NCBI GenBank assembly: GCA_963768535.1
Contig: CAVYID010000010.1
Span: 28,132-92,131, forward strand
Reading direction: 5' to 3'
DNA from: an uncultured beta proteobacterium
GTDB lineage: Bacteria > Pseudomonadota > Gammaproteobacteria > Burkholderiales > Casimicrobiaceae
DNA: 64,000 bases
Every line of letters begins with the position of its first letter. Positions within the stretch are counted from its first letter, which is position 1. The notes under the pieces are model-generated. The model saw only the letters and a program-made list of their open reading frames with translations. It had not been told where the DNA came from and did not search any database. Made by a program: the position numbers and the translations under genes. Positions 10,601 through 19,507 of the stretch are shown here, piece after piece.

Positions 10601-12899
10601 TTCAGGACTCCTGACATACGCGGGATAGGTATGTGAATTGGCTTGACTTTCCCGAGGGAATGCGTAATAATTAACGCATCCTGTTTCGGATATCGTCCAT
10701 GCCAACCCAATTGCACTTGCCGACGCAGCCCGCTGGGGCCGAAGCGATCAATGGCGTGCTGTCGGTGGTGCGCGAGGCCAATGAGGTGGCCTACTTCGCC
10801 TGCGGCGTGCCGATGTTCGTGCATGCCCAGGACGATGCGGTAGGACGGCGGCTGGCGGCGGTGCAGATGATGGAGCTGGGGCTGGCGCGCCAGGACGAGC
10901 TGAGCGCCGCCCTGCAGGTCGATCGCAGCACCCTCTACCGCCAGAGCCGCAAGGTCAAAGCCGAGGGCGTAACCGGATTGGTCGAGGGCAAGCGTGGTCC
11001 GCACGGCCGGCATCGATTTAGCGCCGAGAAGCTCGAGCGGGCCCAGCGGTTGCTGGCGCAAGGTATGTCGAAGCGTCAGGTGGCGACGCAAGTGGGGGTG
11101 AGCGAAGGCACCATTCGCCACGCGCTGCGCCGCGGCGATCTGAGTGAGGCCAAGGCGAGTGGGTTGGCGGGACCCAGCCAGCGCAGTCGGCGCGACGCGA
11201 GCTCCGCTGGTGGGGTGGCGGTGCACAGGCACGCCGAGCGGGCCCTGGCGCGCGCGGGGCGGTTGAGCGAAGCGGCCCCACGGTTTGTGGCGGCCGAAGC
11301 GGTGCGCTACGGCGGAGCGTTGCTGGCGCTGCCGGCGCTGCTGGCGCTGGGATTGTTGGAGGCGGGCGAACAAAGCTACGGCAATCTGAAGAATGCGTTT
11401 TATGGGCTGCGGGCCACGCTGTTGATCCTGGCTTTCATGGCGCTGCTGCGGCTGCGCACGCCCGAGCAATTGCAGGGACATCCGCCCGGGGAACTGGGCG
11501 TGCTGTTGGGGCTGGATCGAGCCCCTGAGGTCAAGACCCTGCGCCGCAAGCTGTGGGAGTTGGCCGCGCGCAAACATGCCACGCAGTTCAGCGGCCACCT
11601 GGCACAGCGCTGGGTACGGGAGAACGCCGAGGCAGTGGGGCTGCTCTACGTCGACGGCCACGTGCGTCCCTATCATGGGACCACGCACACGCTGCCCGAA
11701 GCGTGGGTGGCACGGCGGCGCCTGTGCATGCCGGCGACCACCGATTTCTGGGTCAACCAGCAGGACGCGCAGCCGCTGTTGGTGGTGACGGCTCCGGCCA
11801 ATGACGATCTGCTGGCGATGTTGCGCCGGGAAATCCTGCCGCAAGTGCGCCAACTGGTGGGCGAGCGGCGGGTGACGCTGGCCTTCGATCGCGAGGGCTG
11901 GAGTCCGAAGTTCTTCCAGCAAGTGTTTGCCCAGGGCTTTGACGTGCTCACCTACCGCAAGGGGGTCTATGCGCCTTGGCCCAAGCGGGCGTTTCGCACG
12001 GTCAGCGCGATCATCGATGGGCGCCAGGTGAGCTACGAATTGGCCGAGCGAACCGTGCGCGTGCTGCCGGGCTTTCGCATGCGCGAGGTGCGCCGGCTGT
12101 GCCCGAGCGGCCACCAGACCGCGATCGTGACCACACGTAGCGACTGGCCGATCGAGACCGTGGCCTATCGCATGTTCGAGCGCTGGACGCAGGAGAATTT
12201 CTTCCGCTACATGCGTCAGCACTTCGCCCTGGATGCGCTGGTGAACTATACGGTGGAGCCGGCCGATCCCGAGCGCAGCGTGCCCAACCCCGAGCGCAAG
12301 GCACTGGCCAAGGAGCTTAGCGCCAGCCGCGCTGCCCTCAAGGAACTCGAAGGCGCCTATGGCCAGCAGGCGCGCGCCAACCCCGAGGCGCAACGGCCCA
12401 CTATGCGCGGCTTCAAGATCGCCCAGGCCGCGCTCGGCGAACAAATCACCACCGCGCAGGCGAAGTGCCGCAAGCTGCAGGCACGCTTGGCCAAACTGCC
12501 CCAACGCGTGCCGCTCAACGTGCTGCTCGATGCGGCCGCGATCGTCAAGCTCGCCCCCGAGACCAAGCACTTCACCGACACTATCAAGATGCTCGCCTTC
12601 CGGGCCGAAACGGCACTGGTGCGCTGTCTGATGCAAAACGGCGTGCGCACCGAAGACGATGGACGGGCGCTGGTGCGCGAAATGCTGCTGAGCAGCGCCG
12701 ACATCTTGCCGCAAGCCACCGAGCACCGTCTGCTGGTCCGCATCCATTCGCTGGCGAATCCGCGACATAACAACGCCCTGGCCAAACTGTGTCAAACGCT
12801 CAACGCGCTCGAGGTTCGCTATCCGGGCACCGACCTCATGCTGGTCTACGAGGCACCCGGTGTTGCATAGATTCTTGCGCCCATGTCAGGAGTCCTGAA
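10601..12899 (+). mobile_element. insertion sequence (2299 bp) with perfect 17-bp terminal inverted repeats; family not assigned
   Basis: IRL 10601-10617 ttcaggactcctgacat and IRR 12883-12899 atgtcaggagtcctgaa (exact reverse complement). Single 723-aa transposase gene. Possible 3-bp duplication ACT (10598-10600 and 12900-12902). Confidence 0.75.
10699..12870 (+). CDS. DDE-type transposase with N-terminal HTH domains
   Basis: 723-aa ORF. HTH-like segments (LSAALQVDRSTLYRQ, MSKRQVATQVGVSEGTIRHAL). Candidate acidic triad in LLYVDGHVRPYHG, TLAFDREGWS and FERWTQENFFRYMRQ. Confidence 0.75.
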   Translation: MPTQLHLPTQPAGAEAINGVLSVVREANEVAYFACGVPMFVHAQDDAVGRRLAAVQMMELGLARQDELSAALQVDRSTLYRQSRKVKAEGVTGLVEGKRGPHGRHRFSAEKLERAQRLLAQGMSKRQVATQVGVSEGTIRHALRRGDLSEAKASGLAGPSQRSRRDASSAGGVAVHRHAERALARAGRLSEAAPRFVAAEAVRYGGALLALPALLALGLLEAGEQSYGNLKNAFYGLRATLLILAFMALLRLRTPEQLQGHPPGELGVLLGLDRAPEVKTLRRKLWELAARKHATQFSGHLAQRWVRENAEAVGLLYVDGHVRPYHGTTHTLPEAWVARRRLCMPATTDFWVNQQDAQPLLVVTAPANDDLLAMLRREILPQVRQLVGERRVTLAFDREGWSPKFFQQVFAQGFDVLTYRKGVYAPWPKRAFRTVSAIIDGRQVSYELAERTVRVLPGFRMREVRRLCPSGHQTAIVTTRSDWPIETVAYRMFERWTQENFFRYMRQHFALDALVNYTVEPADPERSVPNPERKALAKELSASRAALKELEGAYGQQARANPEAQRPTMRGFKIAQAALGEQITTAQAKCRKLQARLAKLPQRVPLNVLLDAAAIVKLAPETKHFTDTIKMLAFRAETALVRCLMQNGVRTEDDGRALVREMLLSSADILPQATEHRLLVRIHSLANPRHNNALAKLCQTLNALEVRYPGTDLMLVYEAPGVA

Positions 12900-12915
12900 C
12901 TTATCATTGAACCCC

Positions 12916-13673
12916 ATGCTCAAGCCTTCGTACACCCCGGCGCCGTTGATCCCTACGCTTCCGCTGCAGATCGCAGATCGAATTGGCAGCGCGATTGTCG
13001 ACGAGCACTTTGCGCCAGGCGCGCGCCTGAAAGAGGTCGCGCTCTCAAGAACCTTGGCGTCAGCCGCGCCTCCATCCGGGAGGCCCTTCGGATACTCGAG
13101 AACCGGCATCTCGTCTCGATCGTTCCGCAGCGGGGCGCGCAAGTTACAAACCTTTCGCGCAAGGAGCTCGAAGATATGTTCGAGGTCCGCGCCGTTCTTC
13201 TGGGCCTTGCCTCGCGGCGGGTTGCGCTAGCGTGCAATCCCCAGATCGAAGCAAAGCTTCGCGCGCGGGTCGCAGCATTGGAAAAGGCCCGGCGTGACGG
13301 CACAGCCTATGCCCGGGCGAGCGCGAATCTCGCGCTCGAGATCACTCGACTGTCCGGCAACGAGCAACTTGTCGAGCACATCGCGATGTTCGCCCAGCGA
13401 ATCGGACGATATGCACGAATTGGGCTGAGCACGCAGGCGCGTCGCGACGAATCGCTGGAGAGCTGGAAGCAGCTGCTGTGTGCCATCGTGGCCCACAACG
13501 GAGATCTGGCCAATGCAATTCATCAGGGACTCTCGTTTCGAAATCGAGCAGCCGCGCTCGAAGAGCTCGCGCAGCGCGAGCGTGATGCAAGAAAAGGGAC
13601 TTCTACTCCGAAAGACGATCGACGCTTGCGCGAACGGATCAAAGTGCCTTCGCCGAGCCGGCGTGGTGCATAA
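12916..13673 (+). CDS. GntR-family (FadR/FCD-type) transcriptional regulator; frame broken once
   Basis: N-terminus MLKPSYTPAPL...ADRIGSAIVDEHFAPGARLKEVAL (frame of ORF 12883..13230), then KNLGVSRASIREALRILENRHLVSIVPQRGAQV plus an FCD-like C-domain (ORF 12789..13673). Two extra bases in ctctc near 13045. The ATG lies 16 bp after the IS right end. Confidence 0.75.
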
Positions 13674-14176
13674 AGACCGCGCGAGATTTGTGCGGGACTC
13701 GGACGCCAAATAGCGCAATCGTCTGATTCGCAAACGGCAACGCGTTCACCGGCGGCCACAGTCGCACTTAACGCCATTGCACAAACATGGCGGTGAACCC
13801 CAGCCGTCATGACGTAGCGTTGCGCCGCTCTACCCGTTCAACTTCCTCCTCTGGCGCGTTTCGATATTTGCCACCCTCCTGTTCTTCGTCGCAGCGATTC
13901 AATACCGTCGTTTTCGTCTTACTCATCTCCTGTTTGGCATCGCCATTGCCCACCCAGTATCCGCGCTAGCGCTACCGCCGATTCTCATCGTCATGCGGCG
14001 GGAGGGCCGACCGACGGGCATGAATCAGGTCAGTCAGGGTTACCTCTGCTGTGTAAGTGCTCGCCGTTCACGGCTTGAGCGCGGTCTCGTACGGTGATGG
14101 TCCGTTGATCAAGATCGGTGAGGGTTGATCGGCGAGCGTGATTGGCGTTGTTCCCCGCCGCCGCGCGGGGTGCTGG

Positions 14177-14389
14177 TCAGAACGACTCGTCCGAGTCCGA
14201 TCGTTCGGTCAACCACGGCTGGTCTGGGTTCTCTGGTGGCGGTCGGATGGAGTCGTAGTGTCGCTTGATCTGGCCGAGGAATCGTTGCTCGAATTGCAGG
14301 TGTAGATCGCTGAGCAGCTGCGCGATCACTGATGCGGTTTCGTCGCTGATCGGTCCCAGTTCATCGATGAGGTCCGGGCGCGCTTTCAT
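14177..14389 (-). CDS. 70-aa acidic protein, last gene of the transposition operon, function unknown
   Basis: MKARPDLIDELGPISDETASVIAQLLSDLHLQFEQRFLGQIKRHYDSIRPPPENPDQPWLTERSDSDESF. Its ATG overlaps the stop of the ATPase gene (ATGA at 14386-14389). Confidence 0.5.
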   Translation of the reverse strand: MKARPDLIDELGPISDETASVIAQLLSDLHLQFEQRFLGQIKRHYDSIRPPPENPDQPWLTERSDSDESF

Positions 14390-15240
14390 CGCAGTACCCC
14401 GGCCTTGCGTGCGGTTGGCTTGCTGGCGGAGGTTGGGGTGGCGAACAGCTCGAGGAACAGTTTGTCGTCGAGCTGCATCACCTCGCGCTGCATCGCGGCC
14501 GTCAACAACTGCGCGCCGAGGTTGGTCATCACTCGGTAGTTGCCGCCGGCACGCTCGCACAGCGTCTGCTTGAGTGACGGCGTCATCAGTCCGGGGGTGC
14601 CGGCGCTGCTGAGCAGATGATCGAGACAGGCGGAGAGCTCGTCGCGCGCGGCGTAATCGAGCGACAGCCGCACCCGCATGCGGGTGCCCAGCGGCAACAG
14701 GTCGTCCTTGGCCAGTGCCTCGCACAGTCGCGCATCGCCCGCCAGCACCACCGCCAGCAGCGGCAGCGAGTCGAACCGCGTCGACGCCAGCATGCGCAGC
14801 TCCAGCAGGGTCTTGGCGGCCATCTCCTGCGCCTCATCGATGAGGACGATGGTGCGCCGGCGGGTGGCCTGCAGATGCGCCTGCCAGCGCTCGCGCAGCA
14901 CCTTGAACCCGGCCCAGCGGTTGCTTGGCCGCAGCGCCACGCCGAAGACCTCGCCCAGCTCCCGGTAGAAGTCGGCCAGGTTGCTCTGCGGATGATTGAT
15001 CACGCCGACGGTCAGGTCCGACTGGCGCTCGAGCTGCTCGGCGAGCGTGCGCAGCACGACGCTCTTGCCGGTGCCGGGATCGCCGGTGATCATGGCGAAG
15101 CCACCCTCGCGCACGAGCACGTTCTCGATGCGCCAGAAGAAGTCGATGATCTTCGGCGATTGGTAGAGCGCCTCGGCCGGCAGCTCGGTGGCAAAGGGAT
15201 TGAACTTCAGCCCGTAGGGGGCGAGCAGCGTGCGGGTCAT
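14386..15240 (-). CDS. AAA+ ATPase, TniB/ExeA-like transposition helper
   Basis: Walker A GDPGTGKSVV, Walker B VLIDEAQE. 284 aa. The start overlaps the stop of the upstream transposase gene. Confidence 0.85.
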   Translation of the reverse strand: MTRTLLAPYGLKFNPFATELPAEALYQSPKIIDFFWRIENVLVREGGFAMITGDPGTGKSVVLRTLAEQLERQSDLTVGVINHPQSNLADFYRELGEVFGVALRPSNRWAGFKVLRERWQAHLQATRRRTIVLIDEAQEMAAKTLLELRMLASTRFDSLPLLAVVLAGDARLCEALAKDDLLPLGTRMRVRLSLDYAARDELSACLDHLLSSAGTPGLMTPSLKQTLCERAGGNYRVMTNLGAQLLTAAMQREVMQLDDKLFLELFATPTSASKPTARKAGVLR

Positions 15241-16766
15241 CGGGTTGCCTCGGGGTCCGGTTCTTGGTGATGGATCATGGCCGCCGGCAATCCGGTGGCG
15301 GCGAACTGCGCCAGCAGCTGGCGCAGCAGCGGCGCCGGCTGCGGGTCGGCCGGGGTTGGCGCTGGCAGGGCAGCCGACGGATCGATCGTGACGCGAGGCT
15401 GGCGCCGTCCATCAGCATGGCGGGCCTTGTCGAGGGGGTGGATGGTGGCCAGGACCGTGCCGTCACGGGCATCGACGAGGTCGGCCTGGCTCAGGTCCCA
15501 GCGGGCGTAGCGCAGGTGCAGTTGCCGCAGGTGAGCGAAGGCTTGCGGCACCTCGAAGCGGCGGCCATCGATCGAGACGGTGCCGTCGCTCAGGCGCTGC
15601 CGGCGGGTGATGTCGATGCGAAACGCCCGCCGCAGATCTTCGGAGCCGGGCGAGGCGCGCAGCACCGAGGCGGCGCTGGTGAAGCGCGCCAGGGGCGTGG
15701 CGCCGTTCAACTCGCGGTGCACGCTCGTCTGGTACTCGAACTCCGTCCAGGCATAGGTTGACAGGTTCAGTCGCTCGAGCGATAGATTCGGCTCCGCCTT
15801 GAGCATCGCGATCAGGCGCTGTTCTACGCGGTCCCACAACTTTTCCTGCTTGCCGTTCTGCCAGGCCTTTCCCGCCTGGATCCGGCGGTAATCGATGCCC
15901 AGCCGATCGAGCCCTTGCGCAAACTCGCCGGCGATCATCGCCGAGCCGTTATCGTTGTGCAGCAACCTCGGTAATCCGCGCCGCTGCACCGCCTGGCTGA
16001 AGCAGTGGACCAGGCACTCGGTGTTCTCGGAGCTGGCATACCACTGCAGATGGGCGATCAGGCGCGAGTGGTCATCAATCACGCCGATGCCGAGCGGTCG
16101 GATCCACTGGCCCGAGCGCAGCAGCACGCCAATCGAGCAGACGTGGCCGTCGAGGTGGAACATCGAGCCGACGTGGGTGGCCTCGTAGCTGCGGATCTCG
16201 TTGGGGCCGCTGGGCTTGAGCGCACCCAGCGGCTGGTTCCGATCGGGCACCACGCGGTGCAGGCCGTGGGCGGCAAAGAAGCGCCGCACCGTCGGGTAGG
16301 ACGGCACCGCCTCGGCAACGGCGTCGGCCTTCAAGTTGTCGTAGTGAAGCTGGACGGTCCATTCCGGCGAGCGAGCGTATTGGGCCCGGATCGCCGCGGC
16401 CACCTCGGCGCTGATGGCGCGCTGCGCGCCGGCATCGGCGCGGGCCCGGGCCGTCAGTCGTGCCACCGGATCCGGCTGCTGGCGCGCCTGCAGGTACCAG
16501 CGCTCGATGGTCGAGAAGCCGAAGCGCACGTCGGCACCGGTCAGCGGATGGCGCCAGGTGCTCTGCGCCAGCGCCTTCAAGGCCGCCTGCAGCGCACCAT
16601 CTTCCGGTGGCGAGGCCAACAGCTGGCCGATCACTTGCAGGCGTAACAAGGCCCACCGTTGTCGGTGTTGCCGCGAGTTGGATGGCGTCACGTTCGCTCC
16701 TGAACCGCCGATCCCCCCTTGGGATCGATCGCAGCAAACGATATCGACGGTCGCGGCCGATGGCAC
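15237..16766 (-). CDS. DDE (rve/integrase-core) transposase, Mu-A/TniA-like
   Basis: 509 aa. Catalytic-core-like segments FHLDGHVCSI, LLHNDNGSAM and QNGKQEKLWDRVE. C-terminal Mu-transposase-like region (SDGTVSIDGRRFEV). Confidence 0.85.
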   Translation of the reverse strand: MPSAATVDIVCCDRSQGGIGGSGANVTPSNSRQHRQRWALLRLQVIGQLLASPPEDGALQAALKALAQSTWRHPLTGADVRFGFSTIERWYLQARQQPDPVARLTARARADAGAQRAISAEVAAAIRAQYARSPEWTVQLHYDNLKADAVAEAVPSYPTVRRFFAAHGLHRVVPDRNQPLGALKPSGPNEIRSYEATHVGSMFHLDGHVCSIGVLLRSGQWIRPLGIGVIDDHSRLIAHLQWYASSENTECLVHCFSQAVQRRGLPRLLHNDNGSAMIAGEFAQGLDRLGIDYRRIQAGKAWQNGKQEKLWDRVEQRLIAMLKAEPNLSLERLNLSTYAWTEFEYQTSVHRELNGATPLARFTSAASVLRASPGSEDLRRAFRIDITRRQRLSDGTVSIDGRRFEVPQAFAHLRQLHLRYARWDLSQADLVDARDGTVLATIHPLDKARHADGRRQPRVTIDPSAALPAPTPADPQPAPLLRQLLAQFAATGLPAAMIHHQEPDPEATR

Positions 16767-16776
16767 GCATCAAGTT

Positions 16777-17364
16777 CTACGCGAACTTCACCTCGCTGCC
16801 GCGAGCCTCACGCAGCGTGATGGTCAATGGCGACAAGAACCGCAGGAACGCCAGCAGGCGCGAGATTCCTGGCCGGCGAACAAAGCGACCGACCAGGTCG
16901 TTCGGCAAGTCCAGCACAACCACCGGCGGCAGCAACAAACCCCGCCGCGCGGCCCAGAAGCGGCTCTCGACAAAGCCGTTCTGCCACCACTGGCGCCAGC
17001 GGCGAACCGTCTGTGCCGACACCCCAAGATCGGCCTGCACGCGAGCCAGGCGTCGTGGCGTCAGGCCGGAAACCAGGATGCTGGCCAGCACCAGCACCAC
17101 CCCGACATACACCCGCCGGCCCAGATACACGACCGACTCGGGCATGTGGTGCGCCCGGCAATGCCGGCAACACAGGTTCAGTCGGCGCGGATCGGAATCG
17201 AAATGCTGGAACGGCAGGCCTCGAGGCTTGCGCGCATGATCATTGCGATCCAGCGGGCCGCCGCAGTCGGGGCATCCGAGCGCCTGCACCCGGCGGCACT
17301 CATCCAGGTCGATCTCCTGCTGCAGGCGAAAGAAGCGCCGGCCGTCCTCGGCAGAAAGGGCCAT
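16777..17364 (-). CDS. 195-aa zinc-ribbon plus HTH protein, first gene of the transposition operon
   Basis: Cys clusters CPDCGG...CCRHCRAHH, a hydrophobic stretch, and the HTH-like segment LGVSAQTVRRWRQWW. No family assignment was possible by eye. Confidence 0.55.
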   Translation of the reverse strand: MALSAEDGRRFFRLQQEIDLDECRRVQALGCPDCGGPLDRNDHARKPRGLPFQHFDSDPRRLNLCCRHCRAHHMPESVVYLGRRVYVGVVLVLASILVSGLTPRRLARVQADLGVSAQTVRRWRQWWQNGFVESRFWAARRGLLLPPVVVLDLPNDLVGRFVRRPGISRLLAFLRFLSPLTITLREARGSEVKFA

Positions 17365-17494
17365 AATCGGGGGGTCTCCGTTCTCGACAAACAGAGACTA
17401 CCCTTGCGGATCGTCAGGTCGAGATCCGTGAGGGTCCCCGCCCGCAATACCTCACCCAACTTGACCAGATTCCCGGATATCAACCTCGGGAAGC

Positions 17495-18292
17495 GTGAGC
17501 GCCCTCAGCAGGGTGCTCGCGGGCCTGGGCCTCGACCAAGTGCGCATAGCCGCCAGTGGCTCGGCACCGATCCCGGCTGCGCTGCTGCATTGGTACCGGC
17601 GCCTGGGCCTGAACATGCTCGAGGGCTACGGCATGACCGAGGACTTCTCCTACTCGCACCGCACCACCAGCGAGATTAATGCTCCGGGCCATGTGGGCGT
17701 GCCGCGTCCGGGTGTGCAGGTGCGCATCGGCGACGACGGCGAAGTGCTGATTAAGTCCCCCGGGCAGCTCGTTGGTTACTACAAGCGCCCCGATCTAGAC
17801 GCGAAAAGTTTTACCGAGGATGGATTCTTCCGCACCGGCGACCTCGGCGTGCAGCGCGCAGACGGCCAGCTCAGGATCAACGGGCGCATGAAGGAACTGT
17901 TCAAGACCGCCAAAGGCGAGTACGTGGCGCCGGCGCCAATCGAGGATCGCCTGAATGCGCACCCGATGGTTGAACTGTCGATGGTGTCCGGCGTCGGACA
18001 GCCGGCACCTTATGCGATAGTGATGCTCGCCGAGTCCCTGCGTCCGCAGCTCGGTGACCCTGCGGTACGCGCACGTCTTGACGCTGAACTCAGCAAGCTG
18101 CTGCACGACGTGAATGAGAGCCTCGGCAAGTACGAGCGCCTGAAGGTACTGGTGGTGGCGCCTGAACCCTGGTCGGTCGAGAACGGCTGCTTGACGCCGA
18201 CGTTGAAGTTGAAGCGTAGCCGCGTCGAGGCCACTTTGGCCGTACAGGTGGACGCGTGGTACGCGGAAAAAGGACCAGTGGTCTGGGCCTGA
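17495..18292 (+). pseudogene. long-chain acyl-CoA ligase (AMP-binding), C-terminal ~265 aa only; 5' part removed at the transposon end
   Basis: SGSAPIPAALLHWYRRLGLNMLEGYGMTED...FFRTGDLG...INGRMKELFKTAKGEYVAPAPIE...LTPTLKLKR are AMP-binding core and C-terminal motifs. An in-frame stop lies at 17462-17464. No N-terminal half (no P-loop-like TSGTTG motif) is present upstream. Confidence 0.8.
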
Positions 18293-18556
18293 ACGACCTG
18301 AGGTCTTGGCGGACGGCGCCGGCGACCTAGCATCGCGCCCCTACGATTTCCATAAGCGTACGGCCGTCTTGCGGCATCAGACGCAACGGCCGCTCATGGC
18401 GCCGAAAGAAGACGGGATGCTCGCCGCAGTGAGCACGCCGACTCCGCGTCCATGACCGCTCAGCTTCGCGCTGCGTGCCCCGGTGGCCACTTCAAATTCC
18501 CCCATCTGTGGCCAGGTCAAACTCCCCCAGGCGCGACGACAGGAGCGTGAGGATTG

Positions 18557-19333
18557 TTACTCGGAATCGTTGCCTTTTACAAGACGACGGGCGGCTTCTT
18601 TCAGACGATAGCTGTTGCCGCGGAACTCGGCGAGCACGCTACGATGCATGAGACGGTCGAGGATGGCGGTGGTCAGTGCGGCGTCACCGAGGTACTTCTC
18701 CCAGTCGTCGATGATTCGATTGGAGGTGATGAGGTTGCTGCGCCGTAGTTTGTAGCGGCGGTGCAGGATGGATTGCAGTTCGTCGGCGCTTTCGGGGGCG
18801 ATGCGTCGGGCCAGGAACAGATCGTCGAGCACCAGCAGGTCGGCGTCGATGGCGGGTTTGAACAGCCTGCGCTTGGTCAGCGGCGAGGCCTGCACGAGAT
18901 CGATCAGCAATTCATCGGCCGTGGCATACACCACGCGCAGTCCGGAGCGCACGGCGGCATAGGCGATCGCTTTGGCGACATGACTTTTCCCGGTGCCGGA
19001 CGGGCCGATGATCAGTGCGCTGTCGCCCTCGGCAATGAACTTCAAGGTGTGCAGTTCGAAGCAGGTACGCTTGGGGATTTTGGGGTTGTAGCCCCAGTCG
19101 AACTCGGCCAGCGAGGCGCGCTCGTCGAGGCCGGAGAGCTGGAAGCGGCGTTCGAGCAATCGCGATTGGCGGCGGTCGAGCTCATCCTGGAGGATGGCCG
19201 CGAAGGTTTCGAGAAAGGGGAGGTTCGAGACCTGTGCTTCGATGATGCGGGTTTCCAGCGTGGCGCGCATGCCGGACAAGCGCAACTGTCTTAGTGCTTG
19301 GTCCATTTCCATCATGCTCATGCTCATGATCAA
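18557..19333 (-). CDS. istB: IS21-family helper ATPase IstB
   Basis: 258 aa. Walker A GPSGTGKSH, Walker B LLVLDDL. Typical IstB N-terminus LRLSGMRATLETRI. Confidence 0.9.
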   Translation of the reverse strand: MIMSMSMMEMDQALRQLRLSGMRATLETRIIEAQVSNLPFLETFAAILQDELDRRQSRLLERRFQLSGLDERASLAEFDWGYNPKIPKRTCFELHTLKFIAEGDSALIIGPSGTGKSHVAKAIAYAAVRSGLRVVYATADELLIDLVQASPLTKRRLFKPAIDADLLVLDDLFLARRIAPESADELQSILHRRYKLRRSNLITSNRIIDDWEKYLGDAALTTAILDRLMHRSVLAEFRGNSYRLKEAARRLVKGNDSE

Positions 19334-19507
19334 CGTCTCCAGGGTCGGTGGTGCGGGGTCGGTGACGGCCGGTGGGCGGGGGTAGGTAGGTAGCCGGCAA
19401 GGCCAGCCAATCGCGTGGCGGCGGTTTTAAGCGCCCGGGTTTGGTGCATCGGGGTGGCGCTGGTCATAAATCATCGCCACGGGCTGGTTGCCGTCGCGAC
19501 CGTAGGC

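Larger units (their letters stand above)
14106..17467 (-). mobile_element. compact Mu/Tn552-superfamily (TniA/TniB-like) transposon candidate with four coupled genes
   Basis: Imperfect 18-bp TG-terminated inverted ends: 14106 TGATCAAGATCGGTGAGG, and the reverse complement of 17450-17467, TGGTCAAGTTGGGTGAGG (15/18 identical). The four minus-strand genes between them are an Zn-ribbon/HTH protein, a DDE transposase, an AAA+ ATPase and a 70-aa acidic protein. The right end abuts a 5'-truncated acyl-CoA ligase gene. Confidence 0.6.

Noticed and set aside
10561-12795. 744-aa ORF antisense to the IS transposase
   Set aside because: It mirrors a strongly supported sense gene, has no recognisable motifs, and its composition is typical of antisense frames in GC-rich DNA.
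13807-13926. 39-codon minus-strand ORF (MSKTKTTVLNRCDEEQEGGKYRNAPEEEVERVERRNATS) in the GC-poor spacer
   Set aside because: The AGGAG lies immediately against the ATG (no spacing). It is very short with no motif, so there is no support beyond being open.
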